64,000 nucleotides of DNA, taken from the NCBI GenBank assembly GCA_951406725.2, contig OX597820.1, positions 57,970,001 through 58,034,000 on the forward strand, written 5' to 3'. The translations under genes and the position numbers were made by a program. Under the pieces are notes generated by a model, which worked only from the letters and a program-made list of their open reading frames with translations, was not told where the DNA came from and did no database searches. Shown one piece after another: positions 13,469-25,895 of this stretch; position 1 is the stretch's first letter, and every line of letters starts with the position of its first letter. The DNA comes from Octopus vulgaris. Taxonomy: Eukaryota.

Positions 13469-14569
13469 ACATACATAAACATTGATATATATTAACTTAT
13501 ATATGTATAATATATGTACATATATATATGTATATATGTATATGCGTGTGTGCATGTATATACGTACATATATCTGCCAACGTGTGTGTATATGTTCTTG
13601 GTTTTACTTTTCGAATTTCTCACCAAAGGGTTGCTTTGTAACTAAGAAACGACATTTTTATTCGAATTTAGACCATATCAAACAGGGCAGTCTTATATGT
13701 ATATATATACGCATCCATACATATGGAGGTTTGCATTTACATATGAGCGCAAGCAAGGGTATCATTGCATATATGGTTCATATGCTGAACTTCATGAATG
13801 TTTTACATATTTTGACACTACCTTTTACAGATTGCCGCTGTAACATACTGCTTAAACATGTTTTGGTTTTATGAATCCTAGCTTCTCATGTGTGATATTG
13901 GGGCTCTTTCATCGGTCTGGCTAATATATTTTCATTTCTACTAATTTTTACCATCATTTTTAATCCTTCAAATCGACGGTGTCACCTAACTCAGTCCGGC
14001 TCAAAGTTGCTGGCCTTGTGCCCAAATTATTAATTTGTGCAAGTGGTTTCAGTCCGGTCGCTCTTGAGCGCTACTGGTAATCCTATCAAGTTTGCTTGGT
14101 GAGGAGGGTGATTGTTGGACACCCCGCGGGATCAAAAATAAGATCCGTCAAAGGGCGGAATAACTACTGTGTAGTCAACGGCCAATTCAGCAAGTATCCT
14201 GTCGCGGTGAAGTGCCTGTGTGCTCCATTGATCCGGAGATCTATGCTGGAGGGATTTTACCAGGCCAGACAGGTCGAAGGGTAGGACACAGAAAAGACCT
14301 TAACGACAATAAATCGAAGCGTCGGCAGCATGGCGTGGATTTAGTTATCGGCAGGACCTAACAGATCAGATTCCAGGCTTTGAACTAGCAGGATGTCATG
14401 CAGAGGATCTTGAATACAAGACAATAGATGAGACCCTAATATTCCTAGTTAGATGGAAACTGCGGGACCACATGGAGCAGCGCCCTGTGACTCCTATAGT
14501 ATGCGCAACCGAAACCCCTATGACTGGGGCGTCCTAAGGGACGACCTAGATGAAATTCATTCGGAATTC

Positions 14570-15530
14570 ATTAAACTAATTGTACGGTTGTTTTCTCGGT
14601 TTTGGTTTTAATCTTCTCTGATGGTTTTATACAAATTGATTCTATTTATTTCGGTCATTACATAAATTAAGAATTTCAATAATGTATTCACATCTTCGAT
14701 AAATTTTTATTTCCAATATCTATCCTAACTAATTTATTACATTCTAGTTTCCTGCTTGTTTGTGTGAATTATTCTGATTTCAGGTTTTCCCTGCATAAGA
14801 AAAAGAATTTCATTTCTTAATAGATTTAGCATGTTAATACCTACCTCCGCTTTGTAGCTACACAGTTCCTTTCACTATCCTCTCCATTTATCCGTTATTT
14901 TATTTGTTTTGATTAGCAGAATACCATATTTATCTTCAACAATCTGACATTTAAGTCTATTCTTTAGTTACTTATGTAGGTATCCTTCTTTGCTTACTAT
15001 TTTGTATGATTTCCTTGGCTTTTTGCTCCATAATTTCTTTCAATTCCTTTACATCTTTCGTTAATTCATGTATATTCTGCTGCCCTAATTTCCATTTCTT
15101 ACTTTCTTATAGCCTAATCTATATTCCATTTTCTGCTGCTTCATTTTCATTTCGTTTCTGTTTTAGATATCTTCTTTCATCACAACTGATTAAAACATCT
15201 TTATTTATCTAAGCATTCTGAGCTTTCTATCCCTTTTACCAAGAATTTTGTCGGCTGTCGTTGTTATTATTTTTTCAAATACTCCTATTGATTCTCGAAC
15301 ATTTGCATCTAATAATAATAAATGACCGATTTTTTCCTCCTATCTGAGCTACACATTTTTCAAGAACATTTTATTCCCGAGTTTTAGTCTTTCTTGATTG
15401 ATTTCATATTAAATTTTATTGATTTATGCCTATATCTGCCTCTGGAAGAAAAAAAACTTGAGTTTTAGCTGCATTTACGCTGATGTGATATCTTTTGGAC
15501 CAGAGAACAAAAAATCGAACTAATATACAT
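14570..15530 (-). mobile_element. Highly decayed LINE (RTE-like endonuclease-RT linker)
   Basis: Purine-rich minus strand with broken frames reading KELKEIMEQKAKEII and DKYGILLIKTNKITDKWRG, resembling the DxxGxxL...IxxRWxEYF linker motif. Confidence 0.45.
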
Positions 15531-15629
15531 ATCTCTTGAAATATCCTTACCTATTATAAAAACAAATGCTTTCCATTATATATCGAGGTCCCTTTGTCCC
15601 GTTTTAAAACAAAATGCACTTACACACAT

Positions 15630-15770
15630 ATGCTTTTATTAAAACTGCAAAATTATCCCAAAACTGTTCTCCAGTTTCACGTTCCCGTTCGATGAAGAGT
15701 ATTCAACGAATAGGAACGTGAAACTCTGAGTAACAGTTTTGTGATAATTTTGTAGCTTTAATAAAATCAT
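15630..15770. repeat. Imperfect fold-back (about 67-bp arms, 5-nt loop) carrying the 3' half of a hammerhead-like motif
   Basis: ATGCTTTTATTAAAACTGCAAAATTATC...GTTTCACGTTCCCGTTCGATGAA pairs with TTCAACGAATAGGAACGTGAAAC...GATAATTTTGTAGCTTTAATAAAATCAT. Confidence 0.85.
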
Positions 15771-15924
15771 TTTCTCTACTTTTCGTATTCGAGTACTATT
15801 TTACGAGCTTACATTTGTGTGTGTGTGTATTTATATCTGTGGTATTTGTAAATTATTTCCATCAACTTGATCGCAAGAACAATAATCTAAGGATATATAT
15901 ATATATATATATATATATAACAGC

Positions 15925-16167
15925 GACTGACCAGGCTATCAGATGTTGCTACACATCGCTGGTCACAATGCGCTTCGCATTGTTTTAGCCTTTTAGTTGT
16001 GGCAAAAGAGTACAGCAGGGATCGTTACCCCCACCCCCTGCCGGAGCCTCCTGGAGGTTTAGGTGTTTTCGCTCAATAAACACTCACAATGCCCGATCTG
16101 GGAATCGAAACTGTGATCCTACGACCGCGAGTCCGCTGCCCTAACCGCTGGGCCATTGCGCCTCCAC

Positions 16168-16168
<1 letters not shown>
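15925..16168 (-). mobile_element. SINE family C variant
   Basis: Head GTGGAGGCGCAATGGCCCAGCGGTTAGGGCAG on the minus strand; same family as 44530-44841 and 52817-52983; lies between (TA)n and (GATA)n. Confidence 0.88.
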
Positions 16169-16249
<81 letters not shown>

Positions 16250-16541
16250 TATGGACTTTGTCGTCGTATTCGACGAATGAGGACCATAAAATTTTACGTT
16301 TTTCTCTTTTTCTTTTCCTTTTTCAGAATCATCTTGATAAAACGTTCAGTATACAAATCCTCTGTACAATCCATACAGTGACATTTTGTCAAGTCGTAAT
16401 GGTTTGTGTGAGACTATTCACACTTTCTCGTTCTGCCGATCGCAACAGTTGGTGCGAAAATTCCACGAGACTGATGAAAAGTAGACTTTGATGGAATGGC
16501 CGTTGATTCTTGTGAAATCCTCTGCCCATTTCATTTTGCAG

Positions 16542-16592
16542 GGTGTCCAATAATCGACCCTCTTCACCAAGCAAGCAAGGTGATGTTGTCAG
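16542..16592 (+). CDS. Candidate 51-nt internal exon of an unidentified host gene
   Basis: CATTTCATTTTGCAG|G acceptor and CAG|GTAAAT donor; length divisible by 3; two frames open (VSNNRPSSPSKQGDVV or CPIIDPLHQASKVMLS); unique non-repeat context. Confidence 0.38.
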
Positions 16593-17274
16593 GTAAATCC
16601 CGACCATGTGACAGATTGTATTGGGTAACATAATACTATTAACACTCGAAGGATACATACATACATACATACATACATACATACATACATACATACATAC
16701 ATACATACATACATACATACATACATACATACATACAAACACCATCAATTATGAAACAGGTCAGTATATTTTACAAATTAAACATGTGTGGATTTCATCC
16801 GAGTTTCGAAATATTTTGTATGGAAGACAGACCCTTTGTCTATTACCTTCCTATGTTTCTCTCCTGTTGGCAATACAATCTGTTGTATTTGAGCCGTCCA
16901 TATGATATAACAACAGCTGATGTAATTAGGAATTATACAAACCTTTTCAGAGGCTATGTTAGTTGAATAGCTTGCCGTTTATTCATGACTTCGTAACGAG
17001 ACTTTCACTGTCTCTTCTCGTTTATATCATAAATGTACATGAAAAAAACTGTGTTTCTCTATTAATAATTTATTTCGTCATTAGAAAGCACTAGTGCCGA
17101 GGAACGTATAATGAAGCTTCACACATCATATGGATTCATTTTTTTCTGATTTTATTTTTCTTAGTTTGAGAGTTGTAATAAGTCCTAGTATTGCTAGCTC
17201 TTGCAAAGCAGGCACACTTCGTTCTTTTTGTGTTACTTTCATTATTTGAATATTTCATCATTTGAAAGAATTAT

Positions 17275-17660
17275 TTCAAATTTTTGCCACAAGGACAGCT
17301 TGTGGGAGGTAGAGATGAGTCGATTACATCAACCCCAGTGTTTAACTAATGCTTATTTTATCGAAAGGATGAAAGGCAAAGTCGACCTCGGTAATTTGAA
17401 CTCAGAACGTAGCGACAGGCAAAATACCTATTTCTTTACTACCCACAAGGTGTTAAAAACAGAGGGGACAAACAAGGACAGACAAACGGATTAAGTTGAT
17501 TACATCGACCCCAGTGCGTAACTGGTACTTAATTTATCGACCCCGAAAGGATGAAAGGCAAAGTCGACCACGGTGGAATTTGAACTCAGAACGTAACAGC
17601 AGACGAAATACGGCTACGCATTTCACCCGGCGTACTAACGTTTCTGCCAGCTCGCCGTCT
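17275..17660 (-). mobile_element. SINE family A, two internal units
   Basis: Reverse complement of the 6418-7188 family, with two GAACTCAGAACG units. Confidence 0.88.
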
Positions 17661-17692
17661 TATTTGATAATAATAATGATGATAATTAATGA

Positions 17693-17945
17693 AGGCGCGT
17701 GGTTTATAGCTTAGGGGTATTCGGCTCACGATCATTAGGTCGTGAGATCGATTTCCGGCGGCGCGTTGTGTCCTTGAGCAAGACACTTTATTTCACTTAG
17801 CTGGTAAACATGAGTTGTACCTATATTTCAAAGAACCAGCTTCGTTACATCTTGTGTCATGCTGAATCTCCCTAAATACGCGTTGAGGAAACACGTGTCT
17901 GTGGAGTACTCAGCCACTTGTACGTTAATTTCACGAGCATCCTGT
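17693..17945 (+). mobile_element. tRNA-headed SINE related to family C (TGTCCTTGAGCAAGACACTT body)
   Basis: GGCGCGTGGTTTA head and CTTGAGCAAGACACTTTATTTCAC body; related copies at 22989-23245 and 30925-31190. Confidence 0.75.
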
Positions 17946-18732
17946 TCAGAGAGAGTGCCAGTTTAATTTTTGTCATGATGGTGATGACAACGATGATGTT
18001 ATTGTTAGATTGATGATGCTGATGGCGACGACGACGTCCATGAGGATGATGATGATGATGATGATGATTGCTTTAGTTTTCTTGTTACTGTCATGTTACT
18101 GGAGTTGTCGCTGATGATTTTGGTGATGGCTGTGTTGCCATTGCTGTTTACGCTTCCTTTTGTTGTTCTTGTTGATGTTCTCGATGATATTCATGTTAAC
18201 GTTTCTGGCGGCAGTTTTAATGGTGGTGGTGGTGGTGGTGGAGGTGGTAGTGGAATTTATACTGGTGCCGCTTTTAGTCTCATTACTGTAAGGCTCCATG
18301 ACACTGTCAGAGTCCAAGACCTTCTTTTCTTATTAGTTTCCTCTACAGACCTTCGGAAATGTTTGTTTTCTTTTATGTATGCTTTGACAGACGAGTTTAT
18401 CGATGCAGACGACAGCTTCAGCGTTATAGCAACCACGTCTGTTATGGCTGCCTCCCACAGACCTTCCCTCTTCAAACATAAAACATGTCATTTTTAATAA
18501 AAATGTTTATCTGCTGACTGTAGACGACCGGGGTAAAAATAAATGTATCTCTTTTAATTAGAGAAGATACTGAGAGTGTTTTTAGTTCCCCACTTTCACA
18601 GAATGTACTTTCAAGAATTATAACAATAAAATTCTAACTTTCGTCGGAGAAATTTTCAAAACACCGCGTCAACTTTTGGGATATCGTTATTTGCAGTTAG
18701 AGTAACGCGGGTAAGATGATAATAATAATAAA

Positions 18733-19363
18733 GGTTTCAAATTTAGCCACAAGGGCAGCGGTTTTGGGGGAGGGGATAAGTCAATTACATTTACCCCAGT
18801 GTTTCACTGGTACTTAATGTACTAACCCTGAAAGGATAAAAAGCGAAGTCGACCGCGACGGAATTTGAACTCGGAGCGTAGCGACAGGCGAAATACCTAT
18901 TTCTTTACTACCCACAAGGGGCTAAACACAGAGAGGACAAACAAGGACAGACAAACGGATTAAGTCGATTATATCGACCCCAGTACGTAACTGGTACGTA
19001 TTTAATCGACACTGAAAGGATGAAAGGCAAAGTCGACCTCGGCGGAATTTGAACTCAGAACGTAACGGCAGACGAAATACTGCTACGCATTTCGCCCGGC
19101 ATGCTAACAATTCTGCCAACTCGCCGCCTTAATAATAGTAATAATAATCCTTTCTACTGGAGGAACAAAGCCTGAAATTTTGGGGAAGAGTTTAAGTCGA
19201 TTACACCGACCCCCAGTACTCATCTGGTACTTAATTTATTGAGCCCGAAAGGATGAAAGGCAAAGTCGACCACGGCGGAATTTGAACTCAGAACATAAAG
19301 ATGGATGAAATGCCGCTAAGCATTTTTCTCGGCGTGGTAACGATTCTGCCACCTCGCCGCCTC

Positions 19364-19407
<44 letters not shown>

Positions 19408-19500
19408 GGGTTGATAAATTAAGTACCAGCTGCCTACTGGGTCGATCTAATCGACTGGCCCCCTCACCCAACATTTCAGGCCTTGTGCCTATAGTAGAAA
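18733..19500 (-). mobile_element. Cluster of SINE family A copies (18733-19131 minus, 19147-19362 minus, 19408-19500 plus fragment) separated by (TAA)n
   Basis: Repeated GGATGAAAGGCAAAGTCGACC and CTGCCA(G/A/C)CTCGCCGCC motifs. Confidence 0.88.
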
Positions 19501-20147
19501 GTATTATTATTATTATTATTATTTGCATTGGATGAAGGCCGCTTATTTTCGTTAAATAAACGATGGTACTTGACTGTTGCTTCTGTTTTCGACACCTAGA
19601 AAGGTAGAAAGAATCTGAACCAATCGGGATTTGAACTTCAGTCTTAAAGAGATATAAATAAGAACTGTACGTCTCTACGGATTATAACATTTACTTCTTT
19701 CTAAAAGTAACAATAAAAACAGAAGAAGAAAATCAAGCGAAATAGAAGAGACAATCAGCATCAAGCTATAGAAAGAAAAGACGGAAGCCGTTTATCATTT
19801 GTTGTTTGGATTTAAAATACTTGCTGGAAGTGATTATGGTAAAGGATATAACAATACATTAATAGACATAGCAGTATTCAAATAAATTAAGAAGTGGTTG
19901 GAAGATACATTCAGTGTGGCATAAAAGCCTGATGGAATAGAGAGATAGACCGACCACACTGGAAAAAGAAAAAGAAACTGCGTTACGATTATGAATGCCA
20001 CATGTGTAGACCCACCGCTACCAGGAAACCAGATATAACTTTAGATAATACTCGCCATATTGATAAGTCTTGTCCCAATGAGAGAAAAAACAAACGAACA
20101 AAAGGATTCAAGAGATACGAAGAATGTATGAACGAAGCATAGAATAT

Positions 20148-20605
20148 GGGTTTCAAATTTTGGTACAAAGCCAGCAATTTCGGTGTCAAGTCGATTAAAT
20201 CGACCCACAATGTTCAACTGGTACTTATTTTATCGACTCCAAAAGGCTGATAGGAAAAAGTCGATCCCGGAGGAATTTTAACTCAGAACATAAAGACGAA
20301 CGAAATATCAGTAAGCATTTTTCCCGGCGTGCTTAACGATTCTGCCAGCTTCCCACCTTAAAATATGGCCATATAATAGTAATGCCTATATAAAGCGGTG
20401 AGCTGGCAGAATCGTTACCATGCGGTGCAAAATATTAGCGGCATTTCATTCGTTTTAACGTTCTAAATTCAAATTCCGTCAAGGTCGGCTTTACTTTCAT
20501 CCATTTCGGGGTCAATAAAGCAAGTACTCATTGAACACTGGGGCCGATGTGATCGAATTATTCCCTTCTGAATTTACTGGCCTTGTGCCAAAATTTGAAA
20601 CCAAT
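20148..20605. mobile_element. Head-to-head pair of SINE family A copies (20148-20360 minus, 20392-20605 plus)
   Basis: Both carry the family head and tail in opposite orientation, about 30 bp apart. Confidence 0.85.
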
Positions 20606-20936
20606 ATTAGTGTTTATAATTATTTCAAATCTAGGCTCAACGCCTTTTGAGATCAAGATAAAACGAAACCACTGACCTCCAGATCTCGAAAGCAAATGTA
20701 TTTTATCGATCGCGAAAAAATGTAAGGCAAAGTTGATCTCGGCAGGATTTGAGATCAGGATCTACATAAACAAAAGCAACGCTATACATTCTTCTCAGTA
20801 TTTGCCAGCTTGCCACCTCAAGAGTGATAATAATGTTTTCTAGCATAGACACAGGGCTTCAAAGTTTGAGAAATGGATAGAGACAATTATATCGGCCGCC
20901 ATAATTTCTATTTTACTATTTTATTTGCCCCATAAT

Positions 20937-21787
20937 ATTCTTTTCTACTCTAGGCACAAGACCCGAAATTTTGGGGGAGTCAATTAGATCGAACTCAGTA
21001 CGCGGATTTTTTCCCTTTGAACGGCAGATCAAGAAATTAATTTTTTGTAACTAAACACTTTCAAACTTCGGAAACAAGAAACAAAAACCAACCTAAAAGC
21101 AGTAGAAATGCACGAAAGATTGTGGAGGTGCCATGAAATAAACATGCTTCACATACAATCGTTTATTCATACAAACGTAACTGAGATTAAATATGTCATA
21201 AATAACGAATATACACCGTCGGAAGTTGTTGACAAACAGCGGCTGTAATTTTATTCAGCTGAATACACATCATTGATTGGTTGAAATTACCGAAATACAA
21301 CTTCTTTAACACAAAATAACTTTAAAAATATAAACTTTTCTCAACAAAACTAAGAGTAAAAGATTTTGTTTTATATGCCACATTCTACCAGTGTCTGAAG
21401 TTTGAAAGTGTTTAGTTACAAAAAATTAATTTCTCGATCTGCCGTTCAAAGGGTAAAGATCCCAGTACGTAACTGTTACTTAATTTATCGACCCCGAAAG
21501 GATGAAAGGCAAAGTCGATCTCACCGGAATTTGAACTCAGAACTATGAAATACCTATTTCTTTACTACCCGCAAGGGGCCTAAACACAGAGGGGACAAAC
21601 AAGGACAGACAAACGGATTAAGTCGATTACATCGACACCAGTGCATAACTGGTACTTAATTTATCGACCCCGAAAGAATGAAAGGCAAAGTCGACCTCGG
21701 CGGAATTTGAACTCAGAATGTAACGGCAGTCGAAATACTGCTAAACATTTCACCCGGCGTGCTAACGTTTCTGCCAGCTCGCCGCTT
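20937..21787 (-). mobile_element. SINE family A interrupted by a MITE
   Basis: SINE sequence ...TAGATCGAACTCAGTACG resumes as CAGTACGTAACTG after the 21004-21462 insert. Confidence 0.85.
21004..21462. mobile_element. 459-bp MITE with about 65-bp TIRs, GG...CC ends and an 8-bp target duplication
   Basis: GGATTTTTTCCCTTTGAACGGCAGATCAAGAAATTAATTTTTTGTAACTAAACACTTTCAAACTTC is inverted at the right end; flanks CAGTACGC (20996-21003) and CAGTACGT (21463-21470). Confidence 0.92.
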
Positions 21788-22055
21788 CATTTGCCCCATA
21801 ATACTGAAAGACAAAGCTAACATTGGCAGAATTTGAATTTAGATTTTAAAAGACAGTAAGTAGAGACTGAAAAACCTTTTTGTAGACCCTTCTGATGTTG
21901 CTGTCAATCTAAAAAGCAATTCATATAATACAAAACAAAATTGATACAGCTTTCAGATATAAGACTGTATCAACAAAAGAACATGTTGCATAAACCTCAA
22001 AAACACAGGAGTGTCTTTGTAGATGTAGCCGGAAGTAGCATGAAGTTGATGTAAT

Positions 22056-22351
22056 GTTTGTTGTTCCTTCTCGAACTATGCCTGGCTCTTAAGGGTCGGT
22101 TTCTCCGGTTTCATTTGCGTATAGGTTCCCCACCTGGACAGGACGTCGGTCTGTCGCAGGTGAGCTGCTAGATGCAGGAGGAGAGAATGAAAGTTGTGGC
22201 GAAAGAGTCGGTAGAATTTCGCCATTACCTTCTGGCGGAGCCGCGTGAAGTTTAGGTGTTTCGCTCATAAACCCGCCCAGTCTGAGTTTCGAACCCGCGA
22301 TCCCTCGATCACGAGTCCGCTGCTCTAACCACTGGACCATGTGCCTCCACG
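22056..22351 (-). mobile_element. SINE family C
   Basis: GTGGAGGCACATGGTCCAGTGGTTAGAGCAG head on the minus strand. Confidence 0.88.
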
Positions 22352-22644
22352 GAACTGATGTAAACATAACACTAATGTAAGAAAAAAATGGAGCAGGTAA
22401 AAACATGATTTAAATTTTCAGCAGAAGACCAGTAGTTTGAAAGGAGTGAGAAATCGATTAGGTCGACTCTAGTGTTCAACTGGTCCTTATTTTATGGACT
22501 TCTGAGGGAAGAAAGCCAACATTAACCTCGGCGGAGTTTGAACCCAAAAAGTAGAGCCGAGAGAAATGCTGTCAAGTACTTTGTCTGAGTCACTAATGAT
22601 TCTATCAGCTCGCTTGCCTTGAAGAGAGATGGTAAAAATGTTCA

Positions 22645-22988
22645 TGAGGAATGGTGTAATGGTGAACATAGTTTGAGATAAGCCTATCCACACAGGAAGG
22701 GAGATCACGGAAGATCGACCGGATATTGTTGTTGAGGACCACCAGGAAAGGATGCTTCTTAATCGAAGAATCAGTCCCAACACACGATAATGTATTTCTA
22801 AAAGAAATGCTTTTTCCAAATATGATGATATGGAAATAGAACAAGGATATGAGGATAGAAGATGGAAGCAATATCTATTATAATCGGTACCTTGGGAATG
22901 ATTAAGGTATACTGACAACTAGTTAACGAAAAATCCAGGAATTACACATATACACAACTTGCAGAAAATTGTACTGCTACACACTGCT
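22645..22988 (+). mobile_element. R4/Dong-like non-LTR retrotransposon 3' fragment (restriction-like endonuclease domain)
   Basis: Broken frames read DKPIHTGREITEDRPDIVV, FLIEESVPTHDNV, SKYDDMEIE, IIIGTLGMI and LQKIVLLHTA: the RPD...K.xKY RLE signature. Confidence 0.8.
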
Positions 22989-23520
22989 TGTGGAGGCGCG
23001 AGGCTTAGATGGTTAGTGCATTGAACTCATGATCGTAAGGTTGTGGTTTCGATCCCTGGACCGGGTGATGCGTTGTGTTCTTGAGCAAAACACTTCATTT
23101 CACGTTGCTCCAGTCCACTCAGCTAGCAAAATTGAGTAATCCTGCGACAGACCGGCGTCCCGTCCAGGTGAGGAATTTATTCGCCACGGAAACCGGGAAA
23201 CCGGCCCTTATGAGCCTGGCATGCCTTGAGAAGGAACATTTATTTAGAGTAGGCACATGGCCTAGTAGTTAGAGCAGCGGACTCGCGGTCGAGGGATCGC
23301 GGGATCGAATCTCAGACCGGGCGATGTGTGTATTTATGAGCGAAACACCTAAGCTCCACGGGCTCCGGCAGAAGGTAATGGCGAACTTCTGCCGGCTCTT
23401 TCGCCACAATTTTTTCTCACTCTTTCCTCCTGCATTTTGCAGCTCATCTGCGACGGACCGGCGTCCCGTCCAAGTGGGGAGCCTATGCGCCAAGGAAACC
23501 CGAAAACCGGCCGTATGAGA
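22989..23520 (+). mobile_element. Two adjacent family C-type SINEs (22989-23245, 23250-23520)
   Basis: Heads GTGGAGGCGCGAGGCTTAG and AGGCACATGGCCTAGTAGTTAGAGCAG; shared GACCGGCGTCCCGTCCA tail. Confidence 0.85.
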
Positions 23521-24232
23521 ATGAACAAACAAAACAATAACAACACATTGCTTACATATAGGTTTCAAATTTCCACACAAGTCCAACAATTTCGAGGAAG
23601 GGGTTAAGTTTATTAGATCCACACCCATACTCAACTTATATTTATTTTATCGACACCCAAAAAGGATATAAGGTAAAGCCGTCCCAACAGATTTTGAACG
23701 CAGAGCGCAGAGATTACGACATGCAGCTAAGCATCTTACTCAGCGCGCAATTCTGCACGCCGCCCTACACACTATTCATATTTCGTACGGTAATTTCAAT
23801 ACGACAGAAGACAAGACTCAAAGCTCAGTATGTACACAAGGCACATAAAGCTGTGCACAGTGATGCCGTGAAAGCGAGCACTATATGTAATAATAGTGAG
23901 GAGGAGGAGGAGGAGGAGGAGGGGGAAATGATGACGTTATAAAATGCTTTCCACATGAACAACACATTTATAGAAAAAAATATATACTTACAGATTAATG
24001 TATAGATAGATAGATAGATAGATAGATAGCTATACATATACACCTATATATATCCAAACAGACGCACATACATATGCAAAAATCACACACACGTATATAT
24101 ATTTATTTATTTATTGCCCACAGGGGCTAAACATAGAGGGGACAAACAGCGACAGACAAGGGGATTAAGTCGATTACATTGCCCCCAGTGATTAACTGGT
24201 ACTTATTTAACCAACCACGAAACGATGAAAGG

Positions 24233-24386
24233 ATGTGTGGTAAGGAGCTTGCTCCCCAACCACATGGTTCTGGATTCAGTCCCACTGCGTGGCACCTTAG
24301 TGTCTTCTACTATATCCTCGGGCCGACCAATGACTTCAATGGATTTCGTTGACGGAACCTGAAAGAAGCCCGTTGTATATGTATGT

Positions 24387-24425
<39 letters not shown>

Positions 24426-24535
24426 ATCACGTGACCGACCAGTCCATCAGATGTAGTTACACATCGCTGGTCACAATGCGTTCGCATTGTTTTTTAGCCT
24501 TCGAATGGCGCCACCCCGCTGGCTAAGCGAGCAGG

Positions 24536-24578
<43 letters not shown>

Positions 24579-24737
24579 CCCATCACCGTTTGACAATTGG
24601 TGTTGTTGTGGTTACATCCCCATAACTTGCCGGTTCGGCTTAAGAGATGGATAGAATAAGTACTAGGCGTAAGAATAAAACCTTTCAAGGTGGTGCTCCA
24701 GCATGACCGCAGTCAAATGACTGAAATAAGTAAAAGA
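24233..24737 (+). mobile_element. SINE family B with a family C tail fragment nested in its internal (TA)n
   Basis: TGTGTGGTAAGGAGCTTGCT head, GAAAGAAGCCCGT before (TA)n, tail ending CAGTCAAATGACTGAAATAAGTAAAAGA; insert at 24420-24538. Confidence 0.8.
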
Positions 24738-25029
24738 ATGTGTGTGCGCGCGCGTATGTGTGTAATCAAAGAGCAATTTCCAGTCTTCTTTTCAAGTTAC
24801 GAAAACATGCCAAGAAACCACATTGCCACTTTCTTACCATTCCGCAAGCAAGTAGTTATTCATGATGAGGAAACTGGTCCCTTGAACCAATCAGCTTACA
24901 TGAAACTTATTTACTGCATTTATAAGCTGTGTGCCAAGTAAATATCTTCCTATATACTTCCTCAAAGCCGCGGCCTTCCAAATATCTTTGGCATTAAAGA
25001 AAAACGTTGATATATTTTTAATTTTTTTT

Positions 25030-25163
25030 ATTTTACTTGTTTCAGTCATTTGACTGCGGCCATGTTGGAGATTATTCTTATGTTAGACTTATTCTTTGCA
25101 AGCCTAGTACTTATCCTATCGGTCTCATTTGCCGAACTGCTAAGTTACGGGATGTAAACATGC

Positions 25164-25200
<37 letters not shown>

Positions 25201-25580
25201 CAACGAGCTACTTTCAGTTTCTGTTTACTTCATCCATTCACAAGGCTTTAGTCGGCCCTAGGTTATAGTAGAAGACACTTGCCCAAGGTGCCACGCAGTG
25301 GGACTGAACCCGGAACCATGTGGTTGGTAAGCAAGCTACTTACCACACTTCCACTCCTCCGCCTATATATGTATGTATAAATATATATAATAATAATAAA
25401 TAATATACATACATGCGACGAGCTTCTACACAGTTTCCATATACCAAATTTGGTCACAGGACATTGGTCGGCCCGGATCTATAGTAGAAAACACTGCTCA
25501 AGGTGCTCCACAGCGGGACTGAACTCTGAAACTGCGAGATTGCAAAGCGAGCTTTTCAGCCTCATATCCATGCCTGCGTC
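25030..25580 (-). mobile_element. SINE family B (25030-25365) plus a second head fragment (25415-25580)
   Basis: TAGTAGAAGACACTTGCCCAAGGTGCCACGCAGTGGGACTGAACCCGGAACCATGTGG. Confidence 0.85.
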
Positions 25581-25811
25581 TGTGTAAGTTAAAATCCAGT
25601 CAGCGACAACTTTATATTCCCTTTTATACAGGTCAATAAAATTAATAACAGTTGTCAGAAATTAACCCCCAAGTTAGTCTGAATCAGACATGTAGCGTTC
25701 AGTTAATATTAGGCGAGCAGTGTAAATGTTTGGCTTACGAATGTAAACGGTACGTTGAAAAAAAATAGTGATGTGTTTTGAAAAGAATAACTGACAATTC
25801 TTGTCTGAGAT

Positions 25812-25895
25812 ATGAAAGCAATTTATTTTCTTCAAGTTCGACAAAAATACTCTGAACTGCTACGAGTTGAAAAGAGAGAAGGAGAATTATATTTG
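25812..25895 (+). CDS. Candidate short first or internal exon
   Basis: ATG-initiated open frame MKAIYFLQVRQKYSELLRVEKREGELYL ends at a consensus donor TTG|GTAAGT; unique sequence context. Confidence 0.28.

Noticed and set aside
14060-14560. GC-richer island that might be a promoter or exon
   Set aside because: No splice-bounded frame; it looks more like a retroelement UTR remnant, which I cannot assign.
16465-16500. CTGATGA-AAAG-TAGA-CTTT hairpin
   Set aside because: Followed by GATG rather than GAAA; no stems I or III.
18093-18497. Low-complexity ORFs on both strands
   Set aside because: Built on decayed GAT/GGT triplet tracts; the protein-like parts lie in different frames and no exon boundaries are convincing.
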